The notes below the pieces were generated by a model. That model saw only the letters and a list, made by a program, of their open reading frames with translations. It was not told the origin of the DNA and did no database searches. A DNA stretch of 64,000 bases from Octopus vulgaris (taxonomy: Eukaryota), in assembly GCA_951406725.2 (NCBI GenBank), contig OX597834.1, positions 35,712,001 to 35,776,000 of the forward strand, in the 5' to 3' direction. The translations under genes were made by a program, and so were the position numbers. This document shows positions 52,992 to 64,000 of the stretch, piece after piece. Each line of letters begins with the position of its first letter. Position 1 is the first letter of the stretch.

Positions 52992-53384
52992 AAGAAAGAA
53001 TTAGGGTTTGAGAAAAGAAAGGAGGGAAGAGAAAGAGCGGGAAAGCAAAATAGAAAGAATTATTTTCTGGGTTTTGATTGGACGATTTAAAGAGCAAAAG
53101 TGTTTCAGAGAGGAATGGCGACGGAACAGATTGTTTACTAAATTAAATGAGAAGGTAAATAAGTTAATGAAGGTAATGAATGGACGAGGTGTAATTTGAC
53201 ATAATTAAGTTGTTATTCATTTATTTGAAAATTTAATTTGTTTAACATAAGCAACCAGTAAAATAACAGATATAAAGGAAATTCTGGCTAGCAGACGATA
53301 GAATCGGTGGAGCACCGGGGATACAACCTGTGCTATTGGGATAGATCAAGGTAGCTAAAGATCGATTGCAGTGATATACGGTGT

Positions 53385-53775
53385 CAGCAGTGACTCTCTA
53401 GTCCAGTAGTGACTCTTGAGTCCACTAGTAACTCTTGAGTCTGGTTGTGACTCTTGAGTTCAGTTGTGACCCTTGAGTAGAATTGTGACTCTGAAGTGCA
53501 GTGATGACTCTCGAGTCTAGTGGTAAGTTTTGGAGTCCATTGCTGATTCTTGTGTTCACTTGCGACTCTCGGGTCCAATAGTAAGTCTGGATTCCGGTGG
53601 TGACCCTTGAGTTCAAATATGAACCTTGAGTCCAGTGATGACTCTTGTGTCCAGCAGTGGTGGTGATTCTCAAGTCCAGCGGTGAGACTCGAGTCCTGCA
53701 ACGAGTCTCAGGTTCACTAGCGCTTCTTGCGTCCAGCAATGACTCTATCAATCCAATAGCGTCGCTGGAGTCCGA
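53385..53775. repeat. Minisatellite, 19-bp unit (CAGTAGTGACTCTTGAGTC), about 20 copies
   Basis: Regular tgactc.tgagtc periodicity, decaying to the right. Confidence 0.85.
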
Positions 53776-54009
53776 TGCAGACCCTTTAGCACATTTTATT
53801 GCAAACACGACAAATGTATACGTTTTTTTTATACCCGGATGTTTCTTGTACCATTGTTTAGAATGAGAGCGGGTGAGATTTATGGATTTTCCTCTTGAAT
53901 TCTTTGCACACGCGTATGCACATATATGCACACATGCATACACACTCATATCCGCGTGTACATACATATACACTCATACATACACACACATTAACATGAA
54001 TATATATAT

Positions 54010-54480
54010 TCTCACTTCTTCTCTCCTCTCACGTGACCGCTGGTTAACTAGCCTTTCGGACTTTGACTGCCGCCACGACAACACCGTTTTCTTCGTCTGC
54101 CGCAAAGGCATTTATTTCAAAATACGCCAGCTAAGATAAGTTAAACTGTCTAAAGTCGTAAGACACCCGTTGTTTTTGTCTTGTTATTACTATTCTTGTT
54201 TTTTATTTTTGTTTTTTTGTATTTATATTCATGTGGCATCGTCCGTTTTTCTGTCCTTGCTTCGTATACATTCGATCCTTTTTTCAAGAAATCTAATGCT
54301 CGCAGCTTAGTTTTTCCTTGGGGCTGGCCGGATCGGAGCGACATCAGGATTAATCAGCCGAAATTGCTAGGATGATCCGGTTCCTGACTGAAGATTAGAG
54401 GCTTCGAATGACCCGTCCGTTTTTTGTGTCGTCCCTTTGTGTGTTTTTGCGTTCTTGTCCCATTTTGTATTTTTATATAT
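54010..54480. repeat. Unclassified interspersed repeat (sister of 44105-44610)
   Basis: Same ordered motifs as 44105-44610; flanked by TA/CA tracts. Confidence 0.6.
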
Positions 54481-54486
54481 AATTTT

Positions 54487-54577
<91 letters not shown>

Positions 54578-55177
54578 TAAGAAATATTACCAGTCCCTGG
54601 TTCACGGGAGAAAAAGCTACCGGTGCGCCCATCAGTTTGAGAAGCACTGGTCCAAGGTATTCTTTTTATAAGACGAGGGTGGTAGTGGTAGGAGGAAGAT
54701 TTGGCTGCTATATCTAGCAGCTTTCAGTGACCACATAGAGGGTCCTCTCTGCTGTTTCGAATTTCCAACTGTTGCTTTTGTTTTTGTTGTTGTAGCATCA
54801 CTGTTATCGCTATTCCCAGAGAGAGAGAGAGAGAAGGAGAGAGAGAGAGAAGGAGAGAGAGAGAGAGAAGGAGAGAGAGAGAGTGGGAGAGAGAAGGGTT
54901 GGGTAGATCCTAGTGTTCCCAGATTTATATTGAAGGATTAAATGATCCTTAACATCGGTCGTATTGTTGAAGGGATTATGTCTACTGATACCGAAATCTC
55001 TTTCTCCACTTCCCCGCCTCCTCTTCATCGTCATGACGCCACAATCACCACCGCCACCACCACCACCATCATCATCATTACCATCATCATCATCATCATC
55101 ACACCATCACCGCCGCCGTCACCACCACCACCACCACTTTTTCATTGAAGCAATCAAAAATATCTCTCCATATCGAG

Positions 55178-55990
55178 ACAATGCGGTCACTGTTTCACTT
55201 CCCACACTTTCCTCAAATTTTTCTCCCCCGCCCCCACCCCACACCTCTTCTTATCTACCTCTTCTCCTTTTCCTCTTCCCTCTCCATTTTCCCCCTCCTC
55301 TCAATCTTCCTTCTCTCCTTTTCTATTTTCTTCTTTGTTCTCTCGCCCACCTCTCTCAAATATTTCTCTTTCCTATATTCCTCCCTCCCACCTCCCTGCT
55401 TTCCTCCTACCATCCCTCCCTCACTCCTTGCTCCTTCGTCTTCTCTTCTTTCTAGTTATCTCACCCACCTCTCTCTATCCGCTTCTCTTTCTTCCTCCCT
55501 CTCTCCTCTCTTCCTATCCTTCTCTTTCTTACTCTCTTGTTGCTCCACCCAACCATCCATCTCCTCCCACCTTTCCTCTCTCTTTCTCTCTCTCTCTCTC
55601 TCCAACACTCCTCCTCGTTCCTCTTTCTCTTCTCCCCCTTACTTTCATTTGCCTCAGTCACTCCTCTCCCTTCTTCCCCTTATACTTTTGCTGTCTCATC
55701 CACCCACCCAATCACCCAACCAACCAACCAACCAACCAACCATCCATCCATCTATCCCTCTCTCTCCCCTCATTCCTCACTCCTTTCTCTTCTCTTCCCT
55801 CCTTCCTCTCCCTACTTTTGTCCTACTTCCAAAACTTTTCCCCCCTTTCTCTTCCAGCTTCACCAATCCACCCCCGCCCCCATCACCCTTGTTTGATTTC
55901 ACTTTCCTCACAAGAGTCTACTAACTCTTATCTACATCTCCTGCTCTCCTTTCCTCCACTTACTTCCCTTCTTCCTTACTCTCCATCTAT
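55178..55990. repeat. C/T-rich polypyrimidine tract
   Basis: Directly visible. Confidence 0.9.
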
Positions 55991-56617
55991 GGACCCAACC
56001 TACAACCGGAAGAAGCTGTGCAGTTTCTGATATCGCGCTAAACATGACTATAATTTGCTGATAAAGCATTTTTCTGCACCGTCAAGTTATTATCGGTGTA
56101 AAAGTGTGAGCGAAATGGAAGTAACAGTAACTTCCGTTAGTAGCTTATTTTTTATTTTATTTATCAGTAATCAAACAATAAGCAAAGGCAGGGCAGTGTT
56201 CCAAACAATGAGTAGGGCAGGGTAAGGCAGGACAAGGCGCTGTTTCAAATAAATAGAGCAGAAGCAGTGTTTGTTAAAATGTTGCTCATGCGAGAAGCGG
56301 CTGTTAAACGTAACAAATGAGTTAAAAGCTCGTCCTCTTGGTTAGATTCATCGGTCGTGCGGCGGAGTAGCTTTGACTGAGGAGAGACACAACGAGGTCG
56401 AAAGACCGCTGTATCTCGAAGTCCTCTGACACCGGTGGATCGCGTGTATTGTGCAAACATATCGCCTGAGAGTAGATGTTCTCCGATGACGGAAATTAAC
56501 AGCGATCGGATATTCAAGCCAGAACGTATTAATACGGATAGATTCATTGTTGTTTGGATAAATTTTATTGATTTCTATAAACAAGATTTCGTGCTTTTCT
56601 TAGTTCATCGTCTAGCA

Positions 56618-56949
56618 CATAGGTCCTCAAACTATTTGGGCCACTGCCTCCCTCATGGCCACATAATAGCCTCAGCACCACCACCCCTATTTCTATGTAT
56701 AGAGAAATATTTTATATTTTACTAATTTATATATACTATGACTCATTTGATATTTAATATAATATTATATAATTTGTATTCAATGCTATAATAATATCAT
56801 AATAAATTCATAGCGTCCCCTAATCCACTGCCTTTCCCCCAACGCATCCTTATTCTCTACCGCCTCCAACTGCCTCCTTAGGTACCAGCGCCCAGCTGGA
56901 CCGTCTCAACGCCCATCGGGGGGCGGCAGCGCCACTTTGAGAACCCATG
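56618..56949. mobile_element. hAT (Charlie/MER5-type) MITE with 8-bp TSD
   Basis: TIRs cataggtcctcaaa / tttgagaacccatg. TSD gtctagca at 56610-56617 and 56950-56957. Confidence 0.85.
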
Positions 56950-57761
56950 GTCTAGCAGGACAGCTTCGACAGACGATGATGCACGCAGCGAGGCCGAAAT
57001 ACAACGGTGTCTCGAAGTTTCCTTACACCGATGAATCGCACAGGTTATAAGCAAACATCATGTAAAAGGTGGTAGAGTCCTCCGATGATGAAAAACAATA
57101 GTGATCAGGTTAGAATCTGCCAGAACGTACTAATAATGAATAGAAACATTATTTTTAGATTCTCGATGCTCTGCGTGTATCCCATTATTTATTACCTTTA
57201 GCAGACTCTAGCGTGCGTCAGGTAATAATTCATTTGATGCTTTCTAGAAACAAGACTTCGTACTCAAGCCATCAGTCATCCTTAAGGATAAGAAGATGCT
57301 CCACGTCCCCCTGACATGACTATTAACTTAGAAAACTTAATACACCTTAGAGCGGTTTCTGTTGTAACTAGACACAAGAGAACGTCGCCAGGCACATCTT
57401 GCATTATCTTATCAAGACATTTAATTACTGGAAGAGTTCATGTAGTAATTAAAAATTAGAGTTGTAACCAATACCTGCGTAAAGTAAATAAAGAGAACGA
57501 ATGAATTTTAATAGAACCATATGCGAACTTATGTCTATATTTACCTTAGGCTAACATTTCAGATCTAAAACATGTAAACGTGACTACTCGCTTTTCAGCC
57601 GTTGCTGAAAGGAACAAAGGTGCCATGAAGTATTTTTATAGATAGTAGTCGTCGACTAGAAGCTCATGCATGCATCCATCCAAAACACACATACGCTTAC
57701 ACACACGCACATACACATACCTATATAAATGTGTGTATATATATATATAAATATATATATA

Positions 57762-57945
57762 TAGTTGAAATTTATAGAAAAACAAAAGACGAAGACATGC
57801 GTATGAACAACAAGCAAGTGTATTAGTTTGACGCTCGGGAAAGTGAGAAAGTCCTTTACGTTTCGAGTCTACGCTCTTCAACAAAGAAATAAGGGGAAAA
57901 TAAACAGAGAAGGAATGAAACAAACTTGTAGATTTAGCGGTCAAG
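57762..57945 (-). mobile_element. (TA)n-anchored cassette with decayed hammerhead-like motif (57853-57886)
   Basis: Minus strand: TTGTTGA-A-GAGC-gtag-ACTC-GAAA-CGTA-aagg; homologous to 50616-50770. Confidence 0.5.
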
Positions 57946-57948
57946 CAT

Positions 57949-58031
<83 letters not shown>

Positions 58032-58034
<3 letters not shown>

Positions 58035-58176
58035 CCTCCATCGCAGCAGGGAGGCACAAAGAGGAGGGGCAACGTCTAACTCGCTACTTCACCTGAAGCA
58101 ATGCTGCAAAAATCCCCGGACGCAGTAAAAGCGGTGCACCAGCATGGCCTCAGCCCCTGGTTGAAACCCATAAAAG

Positions 58177-58180
<4 letters not shown>
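58032..58180 (+). mobile_element. Extreme 3' end of the CR1/L2-group-like LINE
   Basis: EPPSQQ...ATSNSLLH remnant, then gcggtgcaccagcatggcctcagcccctggttgaaac, as at 38291-38330. Confidence 0.6.
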
Positions 58181-58222
<42 letters not shown>

Positions 58223-58906
58223 GATAGATAGAAATATAGATAGATATATAGATATATAGATAGATATATAGATAGATATATAGATAGGTAGACAGATAGA
58301 TAGACAGACATATAGGTAGACAGACAGACAGACAGATATAGATAGATAGACAGACAGATAGATAGATAGATATACAGAGATAGAGAGATAGATAGCTTAT
58401 ATATATATAATGTATTCTATAATGCATAATATGCTATATAATATATTGTATATGTACTAAATATAATATATAAAGAGAGAAATAGAAAAGGAGAGAGAGG
58501 AGAAGGGAACAGGAAGACAGGGAGACATATAATGAAAACCTATCTCTATTTCATTAATATTTCACAAACTGAATGGTTACCTGCTACTTCTCTGCAATAT
58601 CAAATGTGATTGGTAACTCTCTAGGTTTAGAGATACATTGTTAGCTGTCTGCTTGATAGTTTGATTGCTTAGTGTTGATTTTATCACTTTAAGTGGACAT
58701 GGCTACCAACTGTTTCTACATGGATGTGTGTATGTAACTTATGGTAGACCGCTGTGAAACCATTCCTGTTTCAATATTTTGATTCAGAACCTAAAGTGTA
58801 AATACATTTATGATAAAGTACTTCTATTCTCATTTTAGTATCTGAGTAACACAAACACACACACATACACACACATACACACACACAAACACTCACACAC
58901 ACACAC

Positions 58907-59121
58907 ATTCTTTTATTCTTTTACTTGTTTCGGTCATTTGACTGCGGCCATGCTGGAACACCGCCTTGAAGAGTTTTAATCGAACAAATCGACTCCAGGA
59001 CTTTTTTCTTAAACAGTACTTATTCTGCCGGTTTCTTTTGCCGAACCACTAGGTTACGGGGACGTAAACACACCAATACCGGTTGTCAAGAGGTGATTGC
59101 AGGACAAGCACAGACACAAAG

Positions 59122-59192
<71 letters not shown>

Positions 59193-59360
59193 ATATACGA
59201 AGAGCTTCTTTCTGCTTCCGTCTACCAAATTCACTCACAAGGCTTTGGTCGTCCTGTGGCTATAGTAGAAGACACACGCCCAAGGTATCACGCAATGGGG
59301 CTGAACCTAGAACCATGTAGTTGGGAAGCAAACGTCTTACCTGACCACCACGCCTGCGCC
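58907..59360 (-). mobile_element. SINE family A, full length
   Basis: Colinear with the reverse complement of 49833-50219; internal (CA)n. Confidence 0.88.
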
Positions 59361-59752
59361 CGTAAAGGATGGAGACGGATGCAGTGAATAATTAAGATGT
59401 CTTGTTCTATCTTGTTCTCTGCTTTCCACAACGCGTGGCCGTACTAGCCTTTCTTTTCGTTGAATCATAAATGTATTTTCCGCAGAATCCAGTCTTCTGG
59501 TGCATAGAGAGGCAAACCTTTATGTGTTAATTAAACAGTAAATGAGTCCCCGATAGGAGATACAACTCTAGCTCAGAGTTGACCTTGGAGAAATAGTGGC
59601 TAAGATTAAATCGCATTGTGAGTATTTGCAACATCCTGTAAAGGTAGGATTTTTTCGGTTGTACACAAACAGGATAGCTTCGTTCTCTCGTAGGTTCCGA
59701 TTACTGACTGCTACTTGTCGTCAGTTTTCACGGGAGTGTGCTTCCTCTTACA

Positions 59753-59797
59753 CCGGCTGAAGAAGTGGCTAGTCATCGAAACATCTCGATATCCCGG
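59753..59797 (+). ncRNA. Type-I hammerhead-like motif
   Basis: ccgg-CTGAAGA-A-GTGG-ctag-TCAT-C-GAAA-CATC-tc-GATA-TC-ccgg. Stem I ccgg/ccgg, AUC triplet. Confidence 0.55.
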
Positions 59798-60044
59798 AAT
59801 GTTTATAAAAAGTAAATATATTTATATTTTGCCTATATAGATGTTTTCAAGATTCATTGTTGATATATATATTTTTTTCATACAGGTATTGGTCAAAACA
59901 AATTTCAAATTAGTTGTTTAGTAAGTTTCATTAATAAGCTTCAATTAGGTATATCGAAATGTATCAGCTGAGACTCATGTGTATCTGGTTACTCTCTTTC
60001 TTTCCCTCTCTCTCTCTATGTATGAGGAATTATAGATACAAATG

Positions 60045-60088
<44 letters not shown>

Positions 60089-60182
60089 CACAAATGCATA
60101 TGTATGTATATAAATGTATATATATAAATGCATATGCATGTATATGTATATATATGTACACATATATATCCATTTGAGTGTG

Positions 60183-60226
<44 letters not shown>

Positions 60227-60289
60227 TCTAAGTGTATATGTATATGTATGTATATATATGTGTGTGTATATATATATATATATGTATAG

Positions 60290-60369
<80 letters not shown>

Positions 60370-60895
60370 CAGCAAACATGAGCATATATAGAGAAACACG
60401 GTCACGCGCAAGCGCCGTACACCCACTTACACCCACACGTAGGCAGGATTTCGAAAATTGTTCAAAGGTATATTCCTAGGAAAAACAAAAGCTGCAACAC
60501 CAACAACCACCAACAACAATATCAACAACAACAACGACAACAACCGCAACAACGGCATTTACAACAACAACAACAACAACGAACAACAAAGCACGTAAAC
60601 AGGCCAACACACCAATGTACTTGACGTGTGGAGAGCGGACTTCAAAGTGACATTTAGGTTTGCTGGTTTGTTTCATGTCTGCATGTGCGTGTGTGCATGT
60701 GTGTGTGTGTGTGCCTCCGTCTGTGCATGTGTGTGTGTGTGTGCCTCCGTCTGTGCATGTGTGTGTCTGCGTCTGTGTGCATGTGTGTATTTACATATAT
60801 ATAGGTATATATATATATATATGTCTCTCTCTCTCTCTATATATATATGTCTATATATATATATATATATATCTCATATGTATATAATTGAAACC

Positions 60896-60947
<52 letters not shown>

Positions 60948-60955
<8 letters not shown>

Positions 60956-61115
60956 TAATCGTATATATTCATATACATTCAGAGATGCATATGTATATGC
61001 CTTTGTGTGTGTGTATGTATATATATATATATACACATATATAATCGTATATATTCATATACATTCAGAGATGCATATGTATATGCCTTTGTGTGTGTGT
61101 ATGTATATATATATA
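60948..61115. repeat. About 87-bp tandem duplication within microsatellite
   Basis: cacatatataatcgtatatattcatatacattcagagatgcatatgtatatgcctttgtgtg occurs twice. Confidence 0.85.
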
Positions 61116-61473
61116 TACATATATATATACATGCACATATATATATATACATGCATATACATATATATATATACATATATATATATATATTCATATATAT
61201 ATATATATTCATATATATATGCACACACACGCACATGTATATATATAAACATATATACACAGATTCACACACTCACACACAGTTACATATATGCACATAT
61301 ACTCACACACACACACACACACACACTCATACATGTATTAATTCATATACGTACATAGACTCCTAGATAGATATACAGACATAGAGAGATAGATAGAGAA
61401 AGAGGGGGAGAGAGATTTACATGCAAACATCTATGTAGGTATGTATCTATGCATGAGAGTGTACATGTGTTTG

Positions 61474-61531
<58 letters not shown>

Positions 61532-62168
61532 GGGTGTGTGTGTGTGTGTGTGTCCATACATAAAAGGCTGTTCACCGACTTGGACGACGAGTCATCCATT
61601 TTGTTGAATCAATTGAACTGGCTACTCGTTAGATTAATGTTCAAGTGGCTGGGTTTTCGCCACAGACATTTGCATCCATAACATAACAGTCGAGCAGAAT
61701 CAGTTGACGTGTGGTTCACAGGTTCAGTCCCTAACACCAGCTGCTTCTAAACATTTTAACGAATTCTATTTAAAAGTACCCATGAGACCCCACAAAGCTA
61801 TAATTAGAAAACAGAACAGATGTCCTGCTATGAGTTCGAAATCGAAGCGGAACATCCATTATGTATGTATATATGTATTATGCACACATACATGCATGTA
61901 TATATATATATTAATCGAAGTGTACAGTATTATATATCCATTTCGGCCGAGTTTACCTATCGGTTTCGCCCTAGCGTTTTAACAGGGAGTTAGATAATAG
62001 CCCGATTATGTATATCTGCGCTCTTCAGAGATGACAGTTATTCTGACTTACGGATTCTCAGACACCTACGTATGTATATGTTTGAAGAACCCATATGTCA
62101 GTATATATATATATATATATATGTTAAAAAATGAAAAGAGCTCTTCTGATTTTCATAAATAAGTAAAT

Positions 62169-62386
62169 TGGTTTCAAATTTTGTCACAAGGCCAGCAATT
62201 TCCAAGGGGGGTGGTAAGTCGATTACATTGATCTCCCAGTGCTCAACTGGTACTCATTTTATCTAACTATAAAGGATGAAAGGCAAAGTCGACCTTGGCG
62301 GAATTTTGAACCCAGAAGGTGAAGACGGATGAAATGTCGCTACGTATTTCGCCCGGCGTGCTAACGATTCTGTCACCTTGCCGCCT
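62169..62386 (-). mobile_element. SINE family B
   Basis: aaaggatgaaaggcaaagtcgaccttggcggaatt...cgtgctaacgattctg. Confidence 0.85.
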
Positions 62387-63078
62387 TTCATAAATAAATA
62401 ATCTAAAAATTAAAACTGAATAGTACCCTGATGAGATTAGTTACATTGAAATACGTATATGAAATTGGAATAGTATTATTATTTAAACGAAATATGTAAA
62501 TATGAAATAAATTCTCTCTCTTGCGGAAGAAAAATTGAGGAGTGAATCAAAAGACTTATTCACAAGGCTTTGGCAGAAAACAGTTGCCCAAGGTGCCACG
62601 TCGTTACTTCTTACTCACCAATATATTGTCGCAACGCGAACTTCTTAACCAGACTCTTCGCGCCTATTTATCGATAATTCTATGTCAGCCACCTTTCCTT
62701 TCACGTACCGTTCCACAATAAATTTTGAAACACTTTTGAAAACAGTTGGACCACGAAAAACCGTAAAAAATAGCGAAATTGTGAAATAGTTGTTGTTGTT
62801 GTTTTTGTTTTTGTTTTTGTTTAGTCTCATGTCAATCTTGTTCCGGTAGTGTTGGCCTTTAATGAAAAGCGTCTCAAATATGACCCATCAACTTTGTTTC
62901 ATTTTCCAGACATTATATATTTGGGATTACAATATCCAATGTCTTGTTTCTCTTATAATATCAGAACGGTGTGTTTCGATTGAGATTTAGCTGCAGTTTC
63001 TAGCATCCGAGCAGTGGCACACATATTTTCTTTGTCGACTTCTCACTTGATGTGACAAAAGTTTTTGTTGAAAAATAA

Positions 63079-63653
63079 GCGGAACAATCAAAATATGCAA
63101 GTTTCAAATGTGAGCTTCACTTATTTTTTATCTACATTCCAAAGCTGGAGTTTTGTGTCTTTGTTAGAAACCAGTTTCTTCCTTACAAGAAGAATTACGG
63201 TAATCAAAAATAGATAACATACTTGCATACAAACATGCATGCATACATTCTTACATGCATAGATACATGCATACATATTTACATGCATACTTACATACAT
63301 ACATGTATATGTACATAATACATAAAACCATTCGTACATACATACGTACGCACGTACATATATATATATACATACATGCAAAGAAGCATGTATGCATGTG
63401 TATACAATCTGGAAAAGTTGAGGTCTCCAGGAAAGGAAATCAACAAAATTAATACGCACATTACGAATACAATTTGTAAGGGGAACGGTAAAAATATGCA
63501 AGACTTTTCAAAAGTTTCAAATGTGAATTTGTTTTTGTCATCTACATCTTGTAGAGAATAAAAACACAAACTATAGTCTATGGGTTTTGTATTTTTGTTA
63601 GAAAAGCAGTTTGATCCTAACAGAAAGACTTCAGATAATTAAAAATAGATGTG

Positions 63654-63655
<2 letters not shown>
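63079..63655 (+). mobile_element. Two tandem RLE-type (R4/Dong-like) 3' ends (63079-63220, 63401-63655)
   Basis: SGTIKICKFQM* and NLEKLRSPGKEINK/LIRTLRIQFVRGTVKICKTFQKFQM* match the C-terminus at 8890-9005. Shared UTR motifs tttgttagaaa.cagttt and aaaaatagat. Separated by a CATA-rich tract. Confidence 0.7.
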
Positions 63656-63732
<77 letters not shown>

Positions 63733-64000
63733 GCATACTTTGCAGTCATACGTACATGCAAATATACAAACATATATACATAAGTACATACATACAAACA
63801 TACATGAATACATACCTGCATACAAACATATTTACATACATATACATATATACAAATATACATAAAACGTACACATATTCTAACGTACATACATACAAAC
63901 AAATATACATACATACACACACATACATACATGCACACACATACTTACACACACATAGATACACACATGCATACTTACAAACATACATACATACATACAT

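Noticed and set aside
53385-53775. CRISPR-like appearance of palindromic periodic repeats
   Set aside because: 19-bp period with no unique spacers, no cas genes, eukaryotic context.
56373-56422. CTGAGGA...GTC-GAAA hammerhead-like string
   Set aside because: No stem I adjacent to the core, and the duplicate unit does not retain the core.
60890-60900. Isolated GAAACCGGTA within TA repeats (also 49174-49183, minus strand)
   Set aside because: Only 10 nt with no other ribozyme elements; not counted in the motif census.

Overview
Eukaryotic, AT-rich, extremely microsatellite-dense non-coding DNA. The SINE sequences resemble those I know from Octopus, so it is probably octopod cephalopod (inferred by recognition, not by a search). 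No host protein-coding exon, true tRNA, rRNA or CRISPR array can be supported, and nearly all ORFs in the track are translations of simple repeats. The window contains: three abundant tRNA-headed SINE families (called A, B, C here); three mariner-derived MITE copies; a 5' fragment of a Tc1 transposon; a hAT/Charlie-type MITE with an 8-bp TSD; 3' ends of a CR1/L2-group LINE whose tail matches SINE A; six 5'-truncated RLE-type (R4/Dong-like) retrotransposon ends, all in the same orientation next to (TACA)n/(CA)n; and several minisatellites. The most interesting signal is about 20 minimal type-I hammerhead-ribozyme-like motifs (CUGANGA-stem II-GAAA-palindromic stem III-NUH), from intact to half-sites. 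They belong to several unrelated short cassettes, many sitting in (TA)n tracts and some arranged as fold-backs. One follows a head-to-head tRNA-like palindrome. This looks like a dense population of non-autonomous Penelope-like/retrozyme-like elements. Motifs were folded by eye, boundaries are approximate, and catalytic activity is untested.
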